Assembly (NCBI GenBank): GCA_002448235.1
Contig: DIXF01000012.1
Location: 34,608 to 98,607 of the forward strand
Origin: Syntrophaceae bacterium UBA6087
GTDB taxonomy: Bacteria > Desulfobacterota > Desulfomonilia > UBA1062
Direction: 5' to 3'
Length of the DNA stretch: 64,000 bases
Shown one piece after another: positions 1 to 12,105 of this stretch; position 1 is the first letter of the stretch, and each line of letters starts with the position of its first letter. The translations under genes and the position numbers were made by a program. The notes under the pieces are model-generated. The model did not search any database, was not told the origin of the DNA, and was given only the letters and a program-made list of their open reading frames with translations.

Positions 1-91
1 TGCTTCCGCCCGATGCATCAAGTCTCCTGCTTCAAACCCTCCTCCTGCCCATAATCACTGAGCATTTATTTTCTGAAAACCTCCGGCAGCC

Positions 92-120
92 TTGACTAAA
101 TTACATTGAATTGTTATTGT
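92..120 (+). promoter_or_regulatory. candidate sigma-70 promoter upstream of carD-like gene
   Basis: TTGACT (92-97), 17-nt spacer, TATTGT (115-120), about 27 nt upstream of the ATG at 147. Pattern match only. Confidence 0.35.
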
Positions 121-146
121 CTTATTTTAACAAAGGGGATGAGTTC

Positions 147-647
147 ATGTTTAAAGTTGGAGATATTGTAGTGTACCCTGCACATGGGGTATCTGAAGTT
201 GAATCGATAGAAACAAGAGAGATCTCGGGAAACACAATTTCTTTCTTCATCCTGAAGGTCCTGGACACACAGATGACCGTCATGGTTCCCGTTACGAACG
301 TGCAGAACGTCGGCATACGTGAACTTATCGATAATAAAGGAATAGACAAAGTGCTGGGCATCCTCAAGGAGCGCTCCGTATCTGTCGATAACCAGACCTG
401 GAACAGGCGTTACCGGGAGTATATGGAAAAGATAAAGAGCGGCTCGGCCTTCGAGATTGCCGAGGTACTGAGGGATCTGAACATCCTGAAACGTGGAAAG
501 GAGCTCTCGTTCGGCGAAAGAAAGATGTACGATACCGCAAAGAATCTCCTGGTGAACGAGGTGTCTACGTCCAAGAAAGTCGACAAGAAAGAAATTGAGA
601 AGATGCTCCTCGAGGCAATGGGCAAGATTGAAACGAAAACCCCTTAG
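147..647 (+). CDS. carD: CarD/CdnL-family RNA-polymerase-binding transcriptional regulator
   Basis: ORF 111-647. The preferred ATG at 147 is preceded by AAAGGGGA. FKVGDIVVYPAHGVSEVESIE...VPVTNVQNVGIRELI matches the CarD_CdnL_TRCF domain, and about 166 aa is the usual size. Confidence 0.85.
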   Translation: MFKVGDIVVYPAHGVSEVESIETREISGNTISFFILKVLDTQMTVMVPVTNVQNVGIRELIDNKGIDKVLGILKERSVSVDNQTWNRRYREYMEKIKSGSAFEIAEVLRDLNILKRGKELSFGERKMYDTAKNLLVNEVSTSKKVDKKEIEKMLLEAMGKIETKTP

Positions 648-662
648 AACAGGATAATTCTT

Positions 663-1649
663 ATGAAATGGTTTCTTCGGATCGTAGTAGCCCTGGTAGT
701 TTTCTACGGGGCGTTCATGTATGCGGCGCAGCGCATGGGCGGCGGACCCTGGACGATCATCATGCCCCTCATCGCAGAGGCGTGCCTGGCCCTCATTTTC
801 ATAGGCGAAATCAGGGGCATGAAGCTCCACCCCATGGCTTACGTGGGGGGCTTCCTGGGCACCATCCTGGGGCTGATCATCGGAAGCCTGCTTGGATACG
901 TGTTCCTGGACAATGTAGAAGGTGGCATCTTCCTCTTCATCCTCATCAACACCATGTTTGCCTACATGGGATACACCATCGGCCTCGAATGGGGAAAAGA
1001 GCTCGTCCATCTCCCCGTCTTCCGCAAGACCGGCAGGGGGGATGCGCTTAAGCGCAAAATACTCGACACGAGCGTAATCATTGACGGAAGAATCCCGGAC
1101 ATCTGCGATGCCGGATTCATCGACGGTATTCTTGTCGCTCCCCAGTTCATCCTCAACGAGCTTCAGCACATCGCCGATTCTTCCGATCCGCTCAAAAGGG
1201 CCCGGGGCAGGAGAGGCCTCGACATCCTCAACCGGCTCCAGAAAAGCCCCCAGGTGCAGGTCGAGATAACCGACAAGGATTTCCCCAAAATCAAGGAAGT
1301 AGATTCCAAGCTCATTGCGCTGGCCAAAGACATGGATGCGGACGTCCTCACCAACGATTTCAATCTCAACAAGATCGCCCAGATCCAGGGAGTGAATGTC
1401 CTCAATATCAATCAGCTCGCGAATGCGGTAAAGCCCATCGTGCTTCCCGGTGAGAGCCTCAACGTGATCATCACCAAACAGGGCAAGGAACGGGGCCAGG
1501 GAGTCGCCTATCTGGAAGACGGCACCATGGTGGTTGTCGAACAGGGTGAATATCTGCTCAACAAGACTTGCGAGGTCGTGGTAACCTCGATCCTTCAAAC
1601 CCCTGCAGGAAGGATGATCTTCTCAACACCAAAAAGTAATGGCGGCTGA
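663..1649 (+). CDS. membrane-anchored PIN/TRAM domain protein (YacL-like)
   Basis: N-terminal hydrophobic helices, a PIN-like core (ILDTSVIIDGRI...DSKLIALAKDMDADVLTNDFNLNK) and a C-terminal TRAM-like segment (GESLNVIITKQGKERGQGVAYLEDGTMVVVE). Overlaps ispD by 11 nt. Confidence 0.72.
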   Translation: MKWFLRIVVALVVFYGAFMYAAQRMGGGPWTIIMPLIAEACLALIFIGEIRGMKLHPMAYVGGFLGTILGLIIGSLLGYVFLDNVEGGIFLFILINTMFAYMGYTIGLEWGKELVHLPVFRKTGRGDALKRKILDTSVIIDGRIPDICDAGFIDGILVAPQFILNELQHIADSSDPLKRARGRRGLDILNRLQKSPQVQVEITDKDFPKIKEVDSKLIALAKDMDADVLTNDFNLNKIAQIQGVNVLNINQLANAVKPIVLPGESLNVIITKQGKERGQGVAYLEDGTMVVVEQGEYLLNKTCEVVVTSILQTPAGRMIFSTPKSNGG

Positions 1650-2319
1650 TGCGATTATCGTGGGAGGCGGAAGCGGCCTGCGCTTCGGCAGGAAGAAGCA
1701 GTTTATCTCCCTGGGGGGAATCCCGCTCATCAAAAGGACCGTACGGGCCTTTGAAAACCACTCATCCATCCGGCAGATCGTTGTCGTAGTCCCGCACGAC
1801 GATCTCGAATTCACCGCCTGCATACTCGGCTCACCGCAAAAACCCCTGAAGGTGGTGGAGGGAGGCAAGACCAGGCAGGAGTCCGTCTCGAACGGTCTTC
1901 AGTCCCTGGAGCGGAGCGACCTAGTCCTTATTCATGACGCCGTGAGGCCTTTTGTGGATGGCGATCTCATCTCCCGGGTCATAGACGGGATCAAGGGGTA
2001 CGATGCATGCATTCCCGGATTGGCCGTTTCCAATACCTTAAAAGAAGTCATTAACGGGGTCGTTAAAAAAACTATCCCGAGGTCCGGCCTCTACGAAATA
2101 CAGACCCCGCAGTGCTTTCTCACCCAAACCCTTCTCAAAGCGCATGCTTCAGCCCGCGATGAAGACACGCAAGGGGCTACCGACGACAGCTCCCTGGTGG
2201 AGGCGATCGGCGGCCGCGTACGGCTGATAGACGGAGATCCCATGAATATGAAGATAACCCTCGGACAAGACATAGATATTGCAGAGGCCATACTGAAATG
2301 CCGTTCAGAATCGGTATAG
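1639..2319 (+). CDS. ispD: 2-C-methyl-D-erythritol 4-phosphate cytidylyltransferase
   Basis: AIIVGGGSGLRFG...KQF N-terminal nucleotide-binding motif and about 226 aa. Lies directly upstream of and overlapping ispF. Confidence 0.9.
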   Translation: MAADAIIVGGGSGLRFGRKKQFISLGGIPLIKRTVRAFENHSSIRQIVVVVPHDDLEFTACILGSPQKPLKVVEGGKTRQESVSNGLQSLERSDLVLIHDAVRPFVDGDLISRVIDGIKGYDACIPGLAVSNTLKEVINGVVKKTIPRSGLYEIQTPQCFLTQTLLKAHASARDEDTQGATDDSSLVEAIGGRVRLIDGDPMNMKITLGQDIDIAEAILKCRSESV

Positions 2320-2798
2320 GATATGACATCCACCGCCTGGTGGAGGGAAGGGACCTCGTCCTGGGCGGTCTTACCATTCCCTACCCCAAAGGCCTGCTCG
2401 GGCATTCGGACGGCGACGTGCTCGTCCATGCAGTCTGCGACGCCCTTCTCGGGGGGAGCGCGCGAACGGATATCGGCGATATTTTCCCGGATACCGCTCC
2501 GGAAACGGAAGGCATCTACTCGCTTTCCATGCTGAAAGCAATTGTCGCGGAGATGTCCGGGAAGTATCGCATCGTAAACATCGATGCAAACTGCATCTGC
2601 GAAAAGCCGAAGCTGTCCGGATACCGCGATAAAATGGTTGCGAACATTGCGGACGTGTGTAATATCGATCATTCGCAGGTTTCGATAAAGTTCAGGACCC
2701 ATGAAGGCCTCGGAGAGATCGGGAGCGGTAATGCGATAGCAGCCCAGGCTGTCGTTCTCATAGAACAAAAGCTTCCTTGCAAGGAGTGCGAGCCATGA
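2298..2798 (+). CDS. ispF: 2-C-methyl-D-erythritol 2,4-cyclodiphosphate synthase
   Basis: RIGIGYDIHRL...GHSDGDVLVHAVCDALLG signature of IspF, 166 aa. Confidence 0.93.
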   Translation: MPFRIGIGYDIHRLVEGRDLVLGGLTIPYPKGLLGHSDGDVLVHAVCDALLGGSARTDIGDIFPDTAPETEGIYSLSMLKAIVAEMSGKYRIVNIDANCICEKPKLSGYRDKMVANIADVCNIDHSQVSIKFRTHEGLGEIGSGNAIAAQAVVLIEQKLPCKECEP

Positions 2799-4228
2799 CC
2801 ATTTCCATATACAATACGCCGGTGAAGAAAAAACAGCCCTTCACCCCACTTTCCGGGAAAAAAATCGGAATGTACGCCTGCGGCGTCACTGTCTACGACA
2901 TGAGCCATATCGGGCATGCACGGTCGCTGATCGTCTTCGACGTGATCTCCCGATACTTGAGAAAGCAAGGATATGAGCTGACCTACGTGAGAAACTTCAC
3001 GGATGTGGACGACAAGATAATCGCCCGCGCCAACTCGCTCGGCACGTCTTACAAGGAGATCTCGGAGAAGTACATCGATGAGTTCAGGACCGACATGAAC
3101 ACCCTGAAGGTCAAGCCGGCCGATGTAGAGCCCAGGGCGACGGAATATATCCCCCAGATCATCGAGCTGGTGCGGAAGCTGGAAGAGAAAGGGCTTGCCT
3201 ACAAGGCCGAAGACGGCAGCGTCTATTACAGCGTCTCGAAGTTCAGAGAGTACGGCAAGCTCAGCGGCAGACGCACCGAAGAGATGATTGCAGGTGCACG
3301 GGTAGATATCGAGGAGCAGAAGCGCGACCCTCTCGACTTCGCCCTGTGGAAGCGGAGCAAGGAGGGCGAGCCGTGGTGGGAGAGCCCATGGTCGAAAGGC
3401 AGGCCCGGCTGGCATATAGAATGCTCGGCCATGAGCACCGATATCCTCGGGCCGACGCTCGATGTCCATGGAGGCGGGAGAGACCTCATCTTCCCCCACC
3501 ATGAAAACGAGATCGCCCAGTCCGAAGGAGCCTACAATGCCCCGTTCGTGAGATACTGGGTGCACAACGGCTTTGTCACCATAAATGGTGAGAAGATGAG
3601 CAAATCGCTCGGCAACTTCCTGACCATCCGGGAGCTCACCTCCGAGGTTCACCCCGAGACGCTGCGGCTCCTCCTCATATCTCAGCACTACCGGAGCCCG
3701 ATCAATTTCTCGAAAGAGGCGATCCAGACATCGAATCAGGCCCTTGTGCGCTTCTACGAGCTGCTCGACCGGATCAACCGCGCAACAACGGCAGGGGGAG
3801 CCGACCGGCTGAAACCCATTGCTGATGCATTCATGGGCAATTTCGAAGAAGCCATGTCGGATGACTTCAACACGGCAAAGGCCGTTGCGCACCTCCACGA
3901 TCTGACGACCGAGATCAACAGGGAGCTTGACAGCAGCCCGTCGATCTCCGAAGATGACTCCCGATCACTGCGTTCGGCTTTCAAGCTCGTCTCGGAGGTC
4001 TTCGGCATTCTGGAAGACGAACCTGCACAGTTCCTCGACCTGATCAAACGGTCGGGAATCAGCGAGACCGGCCTTGACGAAAAAGAGATTCAAGATCTCA
4101 TTGATCAGCGCGGCGCAGCACGGAAGGCAAAAGATTTCAAACGTGCGGATGAGATCAGGAACATGTTACTGTCCAAAGGCATTCAACTGAAAGACTCCCC
4201 GGAAGGAACCGTCTGGGAAAAGATATGA
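2795..4228 (+). CDS. cysS: cysteine--tRNA ligase
   Basis: HIGHARS and KMSKS class-I aaRS motifs. The ATG at 2795 overlaps the ispF stop (ATGA), so it is preferred over the ORF-track start at 2777. Confidence 0.95.
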   Translation: MTISIYNTPVKKKQPFTPLSGKKIGMYACGVTVYDMSHIGHARSLIVFDVISRYLRKQGYELTYVRNFTDVDDKIIARANSLGTSYKEISEKYIDEFRTDMNTLKVKPADVEPRATEYIPQIIELVRKLEEKGLAYKAEDGSVYYSVSKFREYGKLSGRRTEEMIAGARVDIEEQKRDPLDFALWKRSKEGEPWWESPWSKGRPGWHIECSAMSTDILGPTLDVHGGGRDLIFPHHENEIAQSEGAYNAPFVRYWVHNGFVTINGEKMSKSLGNFLTIRELTSEVHPETLRLLLISQHYRSPINFSKEAIQTSNQALVRFYELLDRINRATTAGGADRLKPIADAFMGNFEEAMSDDFNTAKAVAHLHDLTTEINRELDSSPSISEDDSRSLRSAFKLVSEVFGILEDEPAQFLDLIKRSGISETGLDEKEIQDLIDQRGAARKAKDFKRADEIRNMLLSKGIQLKDSPEGTVWEKI

Positions 4229-4238
4229 AAGAAACTGT

Positions 4239-6233
<1,995 letters not shown>

Positions 6234-6236
6234 CCT

Positions 6237-6941
6237 ATGCGCACTGTACTGAATACGGGATACGCGGTTCGAGAGTTCGCCCCCTATACGGTCATTTTCA
6301 AGCAGACCCATCCGCATATTCCGGATATTCTCGGCGACAAGCCTTTACTCGGAGAAGAATCCGTCATTCATGGCAGGAACAGGATGCGCATCATCGAGCC
6401 CGACCTCATCGTCAGGCCGCTCACGCACGGCGGCAGCCTGAGACATATCACGGGATCGCGCTTCCTGAGCATAAAAAGGAGCTTGCGAGAGATCGAGATC
6501 AGCTCGTATCTCAGGTCGAAAAACATCCCGACCCCCGAGATCCTCGCGGTGAGATATCGCAAGAACGGCGTGTTCTTCTCCATAGAGGTGATTACCGCTC
6601 TCGTGCCGGAGTCTATCGATCTGCTCGTCTTCCTGGAAAAGAATCCCGGAGATTCAGAAGAGCTCCTGATCCGGGCAGGAAGGCTCGTGCAGAACATTCA
6701 CCGGCTCGGTGTGTACCACACGGACCTCCATGTAAAAAACATCCTTCTTGACCGGGACATGGAGCCATGGATCATCGACCTCGATAACGCCTACCGCTTT
6801 ACCACCCTCCCCTCCCTTCTCAGGGCGAAAAACCTCAGACGATTCATTCACTCGCTGAAAAAGTGGGAGAAGAAGGGAAGGATAACCCTTTCTTCAGGCT
6901 GGGAAGAGGCGTTCATGAACGGCTATACCGCGCCGGGTTGA
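6237..6941 (+). CDS. lipopolysaccharide kinase (Kdo/WaaP/InaA) family protein
   Basis: Catalytic-loop-like VYHTDLHVKNILL and WIIDLDNA motifs typical of the LPS-kinase family, 234 aa. Confidence 0.6.
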   Translation: MRTVLNTGYAVREFAPYTVIFKQTHPHIPDILGDKPLLGEESVIHGRNRMRIIEPDLIVRPLTHGGSLRHITGSRFLSIKRSLREIEISSYLRSKNIPTPEILAVRYRKNGVFFSIEVITALVPESIDLLVFLEKNPGDSEELLIRAGRLVQNIHRLGVYHTDLHVKNILLDRDMEPWIIDLDNAYRFTTLPSLLRAKNLRRFIHSLKKWEKKGRITLSSGWEEAFMNGYTAPG

Positions 6942-7688
6942 AAGCATCTCCGGCATCTCTGCCCGAGAGGATATCAGGGATTCTATGGCACCCCTCACAT
7001 CACCCATGAGCTGATCTCTGGTTTCCGGGGAATATAAAGAGGCATCGATCGGTTTCCCGATATTTATGCGCACGTGTTTGTCTAAGTCGAGCTCCCAGGT
7101 GTCCGGCTTGTGAATGTGTTCCGAGCCCGTGATTCCCACCGGTATGATCCGGGCGCCCGTCTGGATGGCTACCATGAAACCGCCTTTTTTGAACTGCCCG
7201 AGGTCTCCGGTGCGGGACCTTGTCCCTTCGGGCGCTATCCAGAGCACGACGCCGCTCTTCATCTTTTCTTTTGCATATTCCAGGTCTTTCAATGCCTGGT
7301 CGTGATTGCGTCGGTCGATTGAGAGAAACTCCGCCGCCTTGAGAGCCCTTCCCCATACAGGTATCCTGAAAAGCTCTTTTTTCGTCAGCATGCGGATGCT
7401 CCCCGGCAACGAGACGAAGATCAATGGGATGTCATAATGGCTCCGGTGATTGGACATGATGACATATGGGGTGTCCGGCTGTATCGCAACCTCATGGGGA
7501 TCAAGGACCTCAAAAGAGACCCTGGCGGCCTTGAGCAGATAGCGGGACCACCAGCGAAGGACACGGTCGGCAAAAGGCCTTGTATAGGTGTTTGTATAGC
7601 GCAGGTAGAGCCCTATGATTGAGACGCCCAGGGTTGATGCTACCGACTGAAAGATGACGCTGATCTTTTTTAAAAACGATGCCCTCAC
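6894..7688 (-). CDS. 1-acyl-sn-glycerol-3-phosphate acyltransferase family protein
   Basis: NHRSHYD (HX4D) and APEGTRS motifs of PlsC/LPLAT acyltransferases. GTG start with a GAGGAGG RBS. The 3' end overlaps the convergent kinase gene by 48 nt. Confidence 0.8.
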   Translation of the reverse strand: MRASFLKKISVIFQSVASTLGVSIIGLYLRYTNTYTRPFADRVLRWWSRYLLKAARVSFEVLDPHEVAIQPDTPYVIMSNHRSHYDIPLIFVSLPGSIRMLTKKELFRIPVWGRALKAAEFLSIDRRNHDQALKDLEYAKEKMKSGVVLWIAPEGTRSRTGDLGQFKKGGFMVAIQTGARIIPVGITGSEHIHKPDTWELDLDKHVRINIGKPIDASLYSPETRDQLMGDVRGAIESLISSRAEMPEMLSTRRGIAVHERLFPA

Positions 7689-7772
7689 TCAGCAAAGCCT
7701 CCTCTCTTTGAATAAATAGCATCCATGCACCGCCGCGATGTCTTGTCAGTGCATAATCGGACAAGCGGATAT

Positions 7773-8177
7773 TTACGTATGACTGCGGCCGCTCCCGGAC
7801 CTCTCCTCATCCATCTTTTTCTTGATAAAATCCCGTTCCTTTATCAGGTGATCCGCCAGCTCGGCAAATGTCCACTGGATCGACTGGTCGGTGACAACCG
7901 CATAAATGGGTTTTGGGAGATCCCATTTCTTTGCTTCCTGCATGATTGTATGGATAGTCGTGCCGGGAACGTTGAAAAAGAGCATCACCTTTTCGTCGCA
8001 CGAGAATTCCTGGTCGGATCTTTTGTCGGAAAACAGGATGTCCTCGACCAGAAGATGGCCCTGGTCTTTTTCTATGGCCTGAACGAGAGGAGCCTCTACA
8101 GACTGGAAAAAATGGTCCAACTGAAGCATTTCCTCAAAACTGTAATTCCAGAGCAGTATCCTCGGGTCTGCGTTCAT
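7773..8177 (-). CDS. hypothetical protein, DUF3783-like
   Basis: 134-aa ORF with an AGGAG RBS. The pattern ILLWNYSFEE...PIYAVVTDQSIQWTFAELADHLIKE resembles DUF3783 proteins (from memory, not searched). Confidence 0.5.
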   Translation of the reverse strand: MNADPRILLWNYSFEEMLQLDHFFQSVEAPLVQAIEKDQGHLLVEDILFSDKRSDQEFSCDEKVMLFFNVPGTTIHTIMQEAKKWDLPKPIYAVVTDQSIQWTFAELADHLIKERDFIKKKMDEERSGSGRSHT

Positions 8178-8436
8178 GAAAAGCTCCTGTCTCCATTATC
8201 GGGCGTCTTCTCTCTCTCCCGGTCCGCAGCAGATGTACGGGTTCAATTTCCAGGCAACAACGTATCTGGAAAACCTCTATAATAAATAATACATGGAGCA
8301 ATAAACATCAAGGGTCACTTCATTCGTGCGAGATGCCGTGACCTGTGAAAAGACGTACGGAGAGTACATCCTTCATTAATGGTTTGCATTTATTATTCCG
8401 ATACAATTATGAGATTAAACAGGAGGTACGCCACAG

Positions 8437-8724
8437 ATGAGATGTCCAAAATGCGGCTATGTAAGCTTTGATTACCAGGACCGTTGCAAGAGTTGCGGTG
8501 AGGACCTTGTCCCTGCTAAGATTAAACTGAATATTTACACCAAGCCGCCCCAGATCGATATAAACGATGAAGGTTTTGCAATCGGCAAAGTAGAAGAGAA
8601 CCGCAAGGATCTTATCGAAGAATCATATCCAGCCGGCCAGGGCAATGTATCCATGGACGATGTGCTGAAAGAAGATGGGGAAAATCTCGAAAGCTTTAAT
8701 TTCGATGAGGATGAAAAGGCTTGA
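8437..8724 (+). CDS. small zinc-ribbon protein with acidic tail
   Basis: MRCPKCGY...CKSCGEDL gives a CxxC-N12-CxxC zinc ribbon. AGGAGG RBS upstream. Confidence 0.5.
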   Translation: MRCPKCGYVSFDYQDRCKSCGEDLVPAKIKLNIYTKPPQIDINDEGFAIGKVEENRKDLIEESYPAGQGNVSMDDVLKEDGENLESFNFDEDEKA

Positions 8725-8749
8725 CAAGAATTCCCAAATTCACTACACA
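8721..8749 (+). promoter_or_regulatory. candidate sigma-70 promoter for tRNA-Phe
   Basis: TTGACA (8721-8726), 17-nt spacer, TACACA (8744-8749), about 10 nt before the tRNA 5' end. The -10 element is weak. Confidence 0.35.
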
Positions 8750-8759
8750 TTCTCCTGTT

Positions 8760-8835
8760 GCCGAGGTAGCTCAGTAGGTAGAGCAGAGGACTGAAAATCC
8801 TCGTGTCGGCGGTTCAACTCCGTCCCTCGGCACCA
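8760..8835 (+). tRNA. tRNA-Phe (anticodon GAA)
   Basis: The GCCGAGG/CCTCGGC acceptor stem, the D-arm TAGCTCAGTAGGTAGAGC, the anticodon loop CT-GAA-AA, the T-arm GGTTCAACTCC and an encoded CCA were all read directly. Confidence 0.95.
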
Positions 8836-9098
8836 AGAATTTCCTTCTCGTTAGCCTTCTTGAATAATCATCACCAGCTGTTGCCAATCTGTCACCCGGC
8901 AGCAGGAAGATAATAAGCCATCTTTGCCAGAATGACACACGCTTCTTTATACAGCCGGGCCCCTTTGCCATTTTGTCATTTGACAGCGTTTTACCACTAT
9001 AATTACCTCCGTATTATCATTTGCTTATCAGATAAAGCATCCTGGCACATTCATTGAATGATCATAATCAGCAAATCGATAAAAAGGAGGGCACGACA

Positions 9099-9278
9099 AT
9101 GCTGGGTCTTTGGATCGTAATGGGTTGCTTGTTCATGACCGGGATCGGGATCAGGTTCACCTATAAGGTTCTGGGGCTCACCGCAACCGAGGCAACTGCG
9201 GTTTTCATTCTCATTGTCATTCTCGTGGGCGTTAACACGGCTCCGGTAAGACAGCTCCTCATGCAGTTCGTGTACTGA
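9099..9278 (+). CDS. small hydrophobic membrane protein (hypothetical)
   Basis: ATG at 9099 is preceded by AAAAAGGAGGG. The 59-aa product has two predicted TM helices. The ORF-track TTG at 9054 is less likely. Confidence 0.4.
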   Translation: MLGLWIVMGCLFMTGIGIRFTYKVLGLTATEATAVFILIVILVGVNTAPVRQLLMQFVY

Positions 9279-9297
9279 AACGAGCCTGAGGAGGGGC

Positions 9298-11967
9298 TTA
9301 TTTTTTAATCATCTTGTCCAGGAGATTGTTCAACGGATCCTGCGAGCCTTCGTTATCCTTTGGAGCAGGGATATTGAATCTTTCCCTGAGCTTCTCTACG
9401 CCCTTTTCGATGCCCTTCTTGGTATAATAATTCGCCATAGCCTGATTGATCTCCCTTGTCTGCAGCGACAGGACAGGCTTTTTTGCGGTGCCCGTTATCT
9501 TGATGGGCAGGACCATTCTCCGCTGGTCGTTCACCAGCGCATTCAAGGCAGGGGCCCTCTTGGTAAGCCGGGAGGAGTAGTCCGGCGAGAAGGCCACATT
9601 GCCGGTAAAACCGATGTTCCTGGTTGTAAGGTCTACCGACCCTTTCATCGTCGCGATCGTGTTCGTCTCTTTGCCTGTGGTAATGTTGACGAGCTTCAGA
9701 GACGGCACTTCGAGAATCTTCCTGGCCATCTGGAAATCGGCGTTGAAGGAATCGAACCTTGTTTCACGATTCCTCTGCACCGCGCTCCGGTCCGCAGTGA
9801 TCAACCCGGACAAGCCCTGAATGCCGGAAAAGCCGTCGATTACGGAATTTACGATATCGATGTTGTTGATCTTCCCCTTGTCGATGCCGATGGTCCCTTG
9901 CGTGGATAGTGAATCGAGTCCCTTTTTTGCGGCGTTGCCCTTTATCTGCATTTTTCCTGAGAGTGTGCCCGTGAACATATCCTTGAAAGAGGTCAGGGTA
10001 TTCATGGCCTGACCTGCATTGATCCCCTTGATCACCGGGTTGAAAGTCCAGTCTTTGCTGCCGGTCAGATACGATGCCGATCCCGCAACCGAGCCGTTGA
10101 AAACGTTCATGATGAAATCCGGGACATCCAGGCGTTTCCCTGCATACCGGAAATCCGTCTTCACTCTCCCCAGGGCGATATCCGCAAAATTACCGCTCTG
10201 GATCCCGAAGGTGCCCTGGCCTGCAAAAGCCTTGTTCTCGCTCTTTCCCTGAAAGTCAAGGTTCAGGCCCTTGAGCTGTACCGCCTTGCTTTTTGCGGCA
10301 GGGTCCTTCGCCGTGTTTGCCGGTACGGTAAAGCCCACTTGTTGCGACGATGCCTGGAAGCTCACCGAAGGGCTCTTCTTGGTGCCCGTGACACCACCTT
10401 TCATCGCGACGGCTCCGCCGAGCTTATATGACCTCATAAAGGGAATGAGCGCATCCCAGCCCTGCAGCGTAACCGGTTTTGTATCGAACCTGACATTCAT
10501 GCCGCCAGCGGGATCTTTCATATTCACGGTACCGGCACCGGTGAGCGCGAGATTATACAGGACAAGGTTGAGCGTCTTGATATCCAGCACGCCACCTTTG
10601 ATGCCGGCGGTCGACCCGAACGTGCAGGTCAGCCCTTCAGGCTTGTGAAACGCCTTTCCATAGGTTATCTCGGTCGAGCTCATTTCGACTCCGCCTTCAA
10701 CTGCCATATCCTGTGCCGTACCGGCCGTGGATGCCTGAAGTTTTGCCGGCCCGTTGAGCTTTAGAGCCGCTGGAAGGTTTATCCCGAATGCAGATGCTGC
10801 CCCCAGCATGGTTGACGGCGTCAATGTCACGCTCCGCATCGTGAAGTTCCATGCCGGGCCGCTCGTTACATGCCGGGCCTTTCCCGTAACGATGAACCGG
10901 TTGCCGTTTATTGCGAGGTTTACGGGGTCGAGCGCTACATCCTGCGGCAAGGCATCATACACAATCTTTCCCGAGAGGTCTGCGGCAATGGCGGCCACGC
11001 TCTTCGCCGCAGGAGCTCCGGGTTTTCTCTGCATGACAAGCTCGCGCACGGTGATTTTTGGGTCTATGGTGATCTGCTGCTTGAGCTCACCTTTGGCGGT
11101 AACGTCTCCGCTTATGTTTCCGGAAGCGGCCTTCAGAGACAGCCCTAACGCTTCGGTAAGGTTTTTCAAGGGAATCGAGTCCACGCTGAGCGTAATATCG
11201 AGGGGCATCTTCTCGGCTTTCAAATCCAGGCCTATCGGGCCTGCGTTCCCTGATATTTTGAAGTTCTGTTTCTCCTGTCCCAAGAGGCTTCCTTCGGCGG
11301 CAATTTTGATGGAATCGGTCAGCGAGATGTCCTCGATGTCGACATCGAGCATGCTGACGGTAATCTTTTTGCCTGAAGCAGCCCCGCCCTTTCCCGGGTC
11401 AGGGGCTTTCCTGTCCTCGTATACAAGCGTGCCGTCATTGACTGCAAGCTCGTGTATGCCGAATGAGGCCAGTATCGCCGGGACATTGGATTCCTTTTTC
11501 TTCTCTTCTTTCGGCCCTGCCATGTCGCTGAAATTAAACACGCCCTGGGCATTCTTGATAATACTGATCGAAGGAGAGTTGAACACGAGCTTGGCTATCC
11601 TCACCTCGCCCTTGAGGAGCGGCAGAAGCCGGAGCCGCACCTTCACACTGTCCAGAGTGACAAAATTACCCGAGGCAAACGCCGGGTTCTCCGGCACCTT
11701 CAACCCCTTTATCTCTGCCCCGATCCCGGTCAGGACCGTGAGGTTGATGCTCTCGAAATCGACATTCCGGTTAACGGCCGGACGTATGCGCGAGAGGATA
11801 GTTCCTTTGTATTTGTTCAGATCGATAACGAACGGGGCGATGATAGCGAGAATAAGAACCACGGCGATCCCTGCCGCAATCCCGATAAAGAGCTTTTTCC
11901 TTCCGGAATGCCCGCTGCCGGTTTCCTGCCTGTCCCCTCTTTTGAAAAAATCTTTGAATTTCTTCAT
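9298..11967 (-). CDS. AsmA-family outer-membrane biogenesis protein
   Basis: 889 aa with an N-terminal TM anchor (LFIGIAAGIAVVLILAIIAPFVI) followed by a long beta-rich region, as in AsmA/DUF748-type proteins. GAGGAG RBS. Confidence 0.72.
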   Translation of the reverse strand: MKKFKDFFKRGDRQETGSGHSGRKKLFIGIAAGIAVVLILAIIAPFVIDLNKYKGTILSRIRPAVNRNVDFESINLTVLTGIGAEIKGLKVPENPAFASGNFVTLDSVKVRLRLLPLLKGEVRIAKLVFNSPSISIIKNAQGVFNFSDMAGPKEEKKKESNVPAILASFGIHELAVNDGTLVYEDRKAPDPGKGGAASGKKITVSMLDVDIEDISLTDSIKIAAEGSLLGQEKQNFKISGNAGPIGLDLKAEKMPLDITLSVDSIPLKNLTEALGLSLKAASGNISGDVTAKGELKQQITIDPKITVRELVMQRKPGAPAAKSVAAIAADLSGKIVYDALPQDVALDPVNLAINGNRFIVTGKARHVTSGPAWNFTMRSVTLTPSTMLGAASAFGINLPAALKLNGPAKLQASTAGTAQDMAVEGGVEMSSTEITYGKAFHKPEGLTCTFGSTAGIKGGVLDIKTLNLVLYNLALTGAGTVNMKDPAGGMNVRFDTKPVTLQGWDALIPFMRSYKLGGAVAMKGGVTGTKKSPSVSFQASSQQVGFTVPANTAKDPAAKSKAVQLKGLNLDFQGKSENKAFAGQGTFGIQSGNFADIALGRVKTDFRYAGKRLDVPDFIMNVFNGSVAGSASYLTGSKDWTFNPVIKGINAGQAMNTLTSFKDMFTGTLSGKMQIKGNAAKKGLDSLSTQGTIGIDKGKINNIDIVNSVIDGFSGIQGLSGLITADRSAVQRNRETRFDSFNADFQMARKILEVPSLKLVNITTGKETNTIATMKGSVDLTTRNIGFTGNVAFSPDYSSRLTKRAPALNALVNDQRRMVLPIKITGTAKKPVLSLQTREINQAMANYYTKKGIEKGVEKLRERFNIPAPKDNEGSQDPLNNLLDKMIKK

Positions 11968-12105
11968 AATGGCTCCTCATGCCGGGGTCAACAAGGACAG
12001 CACCCGTATGTATGATGCCCGGCTGTTCAGATCCTCCTTCCTTAAAAGTAACTCTTCTGCGTATATTATACTTTATTTTCTGCAAGATCATAGTGGGAGA
12101 TTGTT

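Noticed and set aside
114-1598. 494-aa minus-strand ORF covering the carD-like and PIN/TRAM genes
   Set aside because: It is antisense to two genes with clear domain signatures. The product is low-complexity (D/E/G/L/H-rich) with no recognisable motif or RBS. Long antisense ORFs are expected in GC3-rich coding DNA.
2669-3898. 409-aa minus-strand ORF antisense to cysS
   Set aside because: cysS on the plus strand has unambiguous HIGH and KMSKS motifs. The antisense product has no recognisable features.
8771-8971. 66-aa minus-strand ORF overlapping tRNA-Phe
   Set aside because: It overlaps a canonical tRNA on the opposite strand and has no RBS. It is an ORF-finder artefact.
8760-9054. tRNA-Phe as an integration hotspot for a genomic island or prophage
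   Set aside because: There is no integrase, no direct repeat of the tRNA 3' end and no compositional shift next to the tRNA. The AT-rich island starts 11 kb away at an IS end instead.
9043-9057. Possible sigma-54 promoter TGGCACATTCATTGA 42 nt upstream of the small membrane-protein gene, with a TGTCA-TT-TGACA palindrome at 8974-8985
   Set aside because: The -24 element is perfect but the -12 element reads TTGA and lacks the nearly invariant GC dinucleotide. I therefore do not call it. It could be revisited if transcription start data exist.
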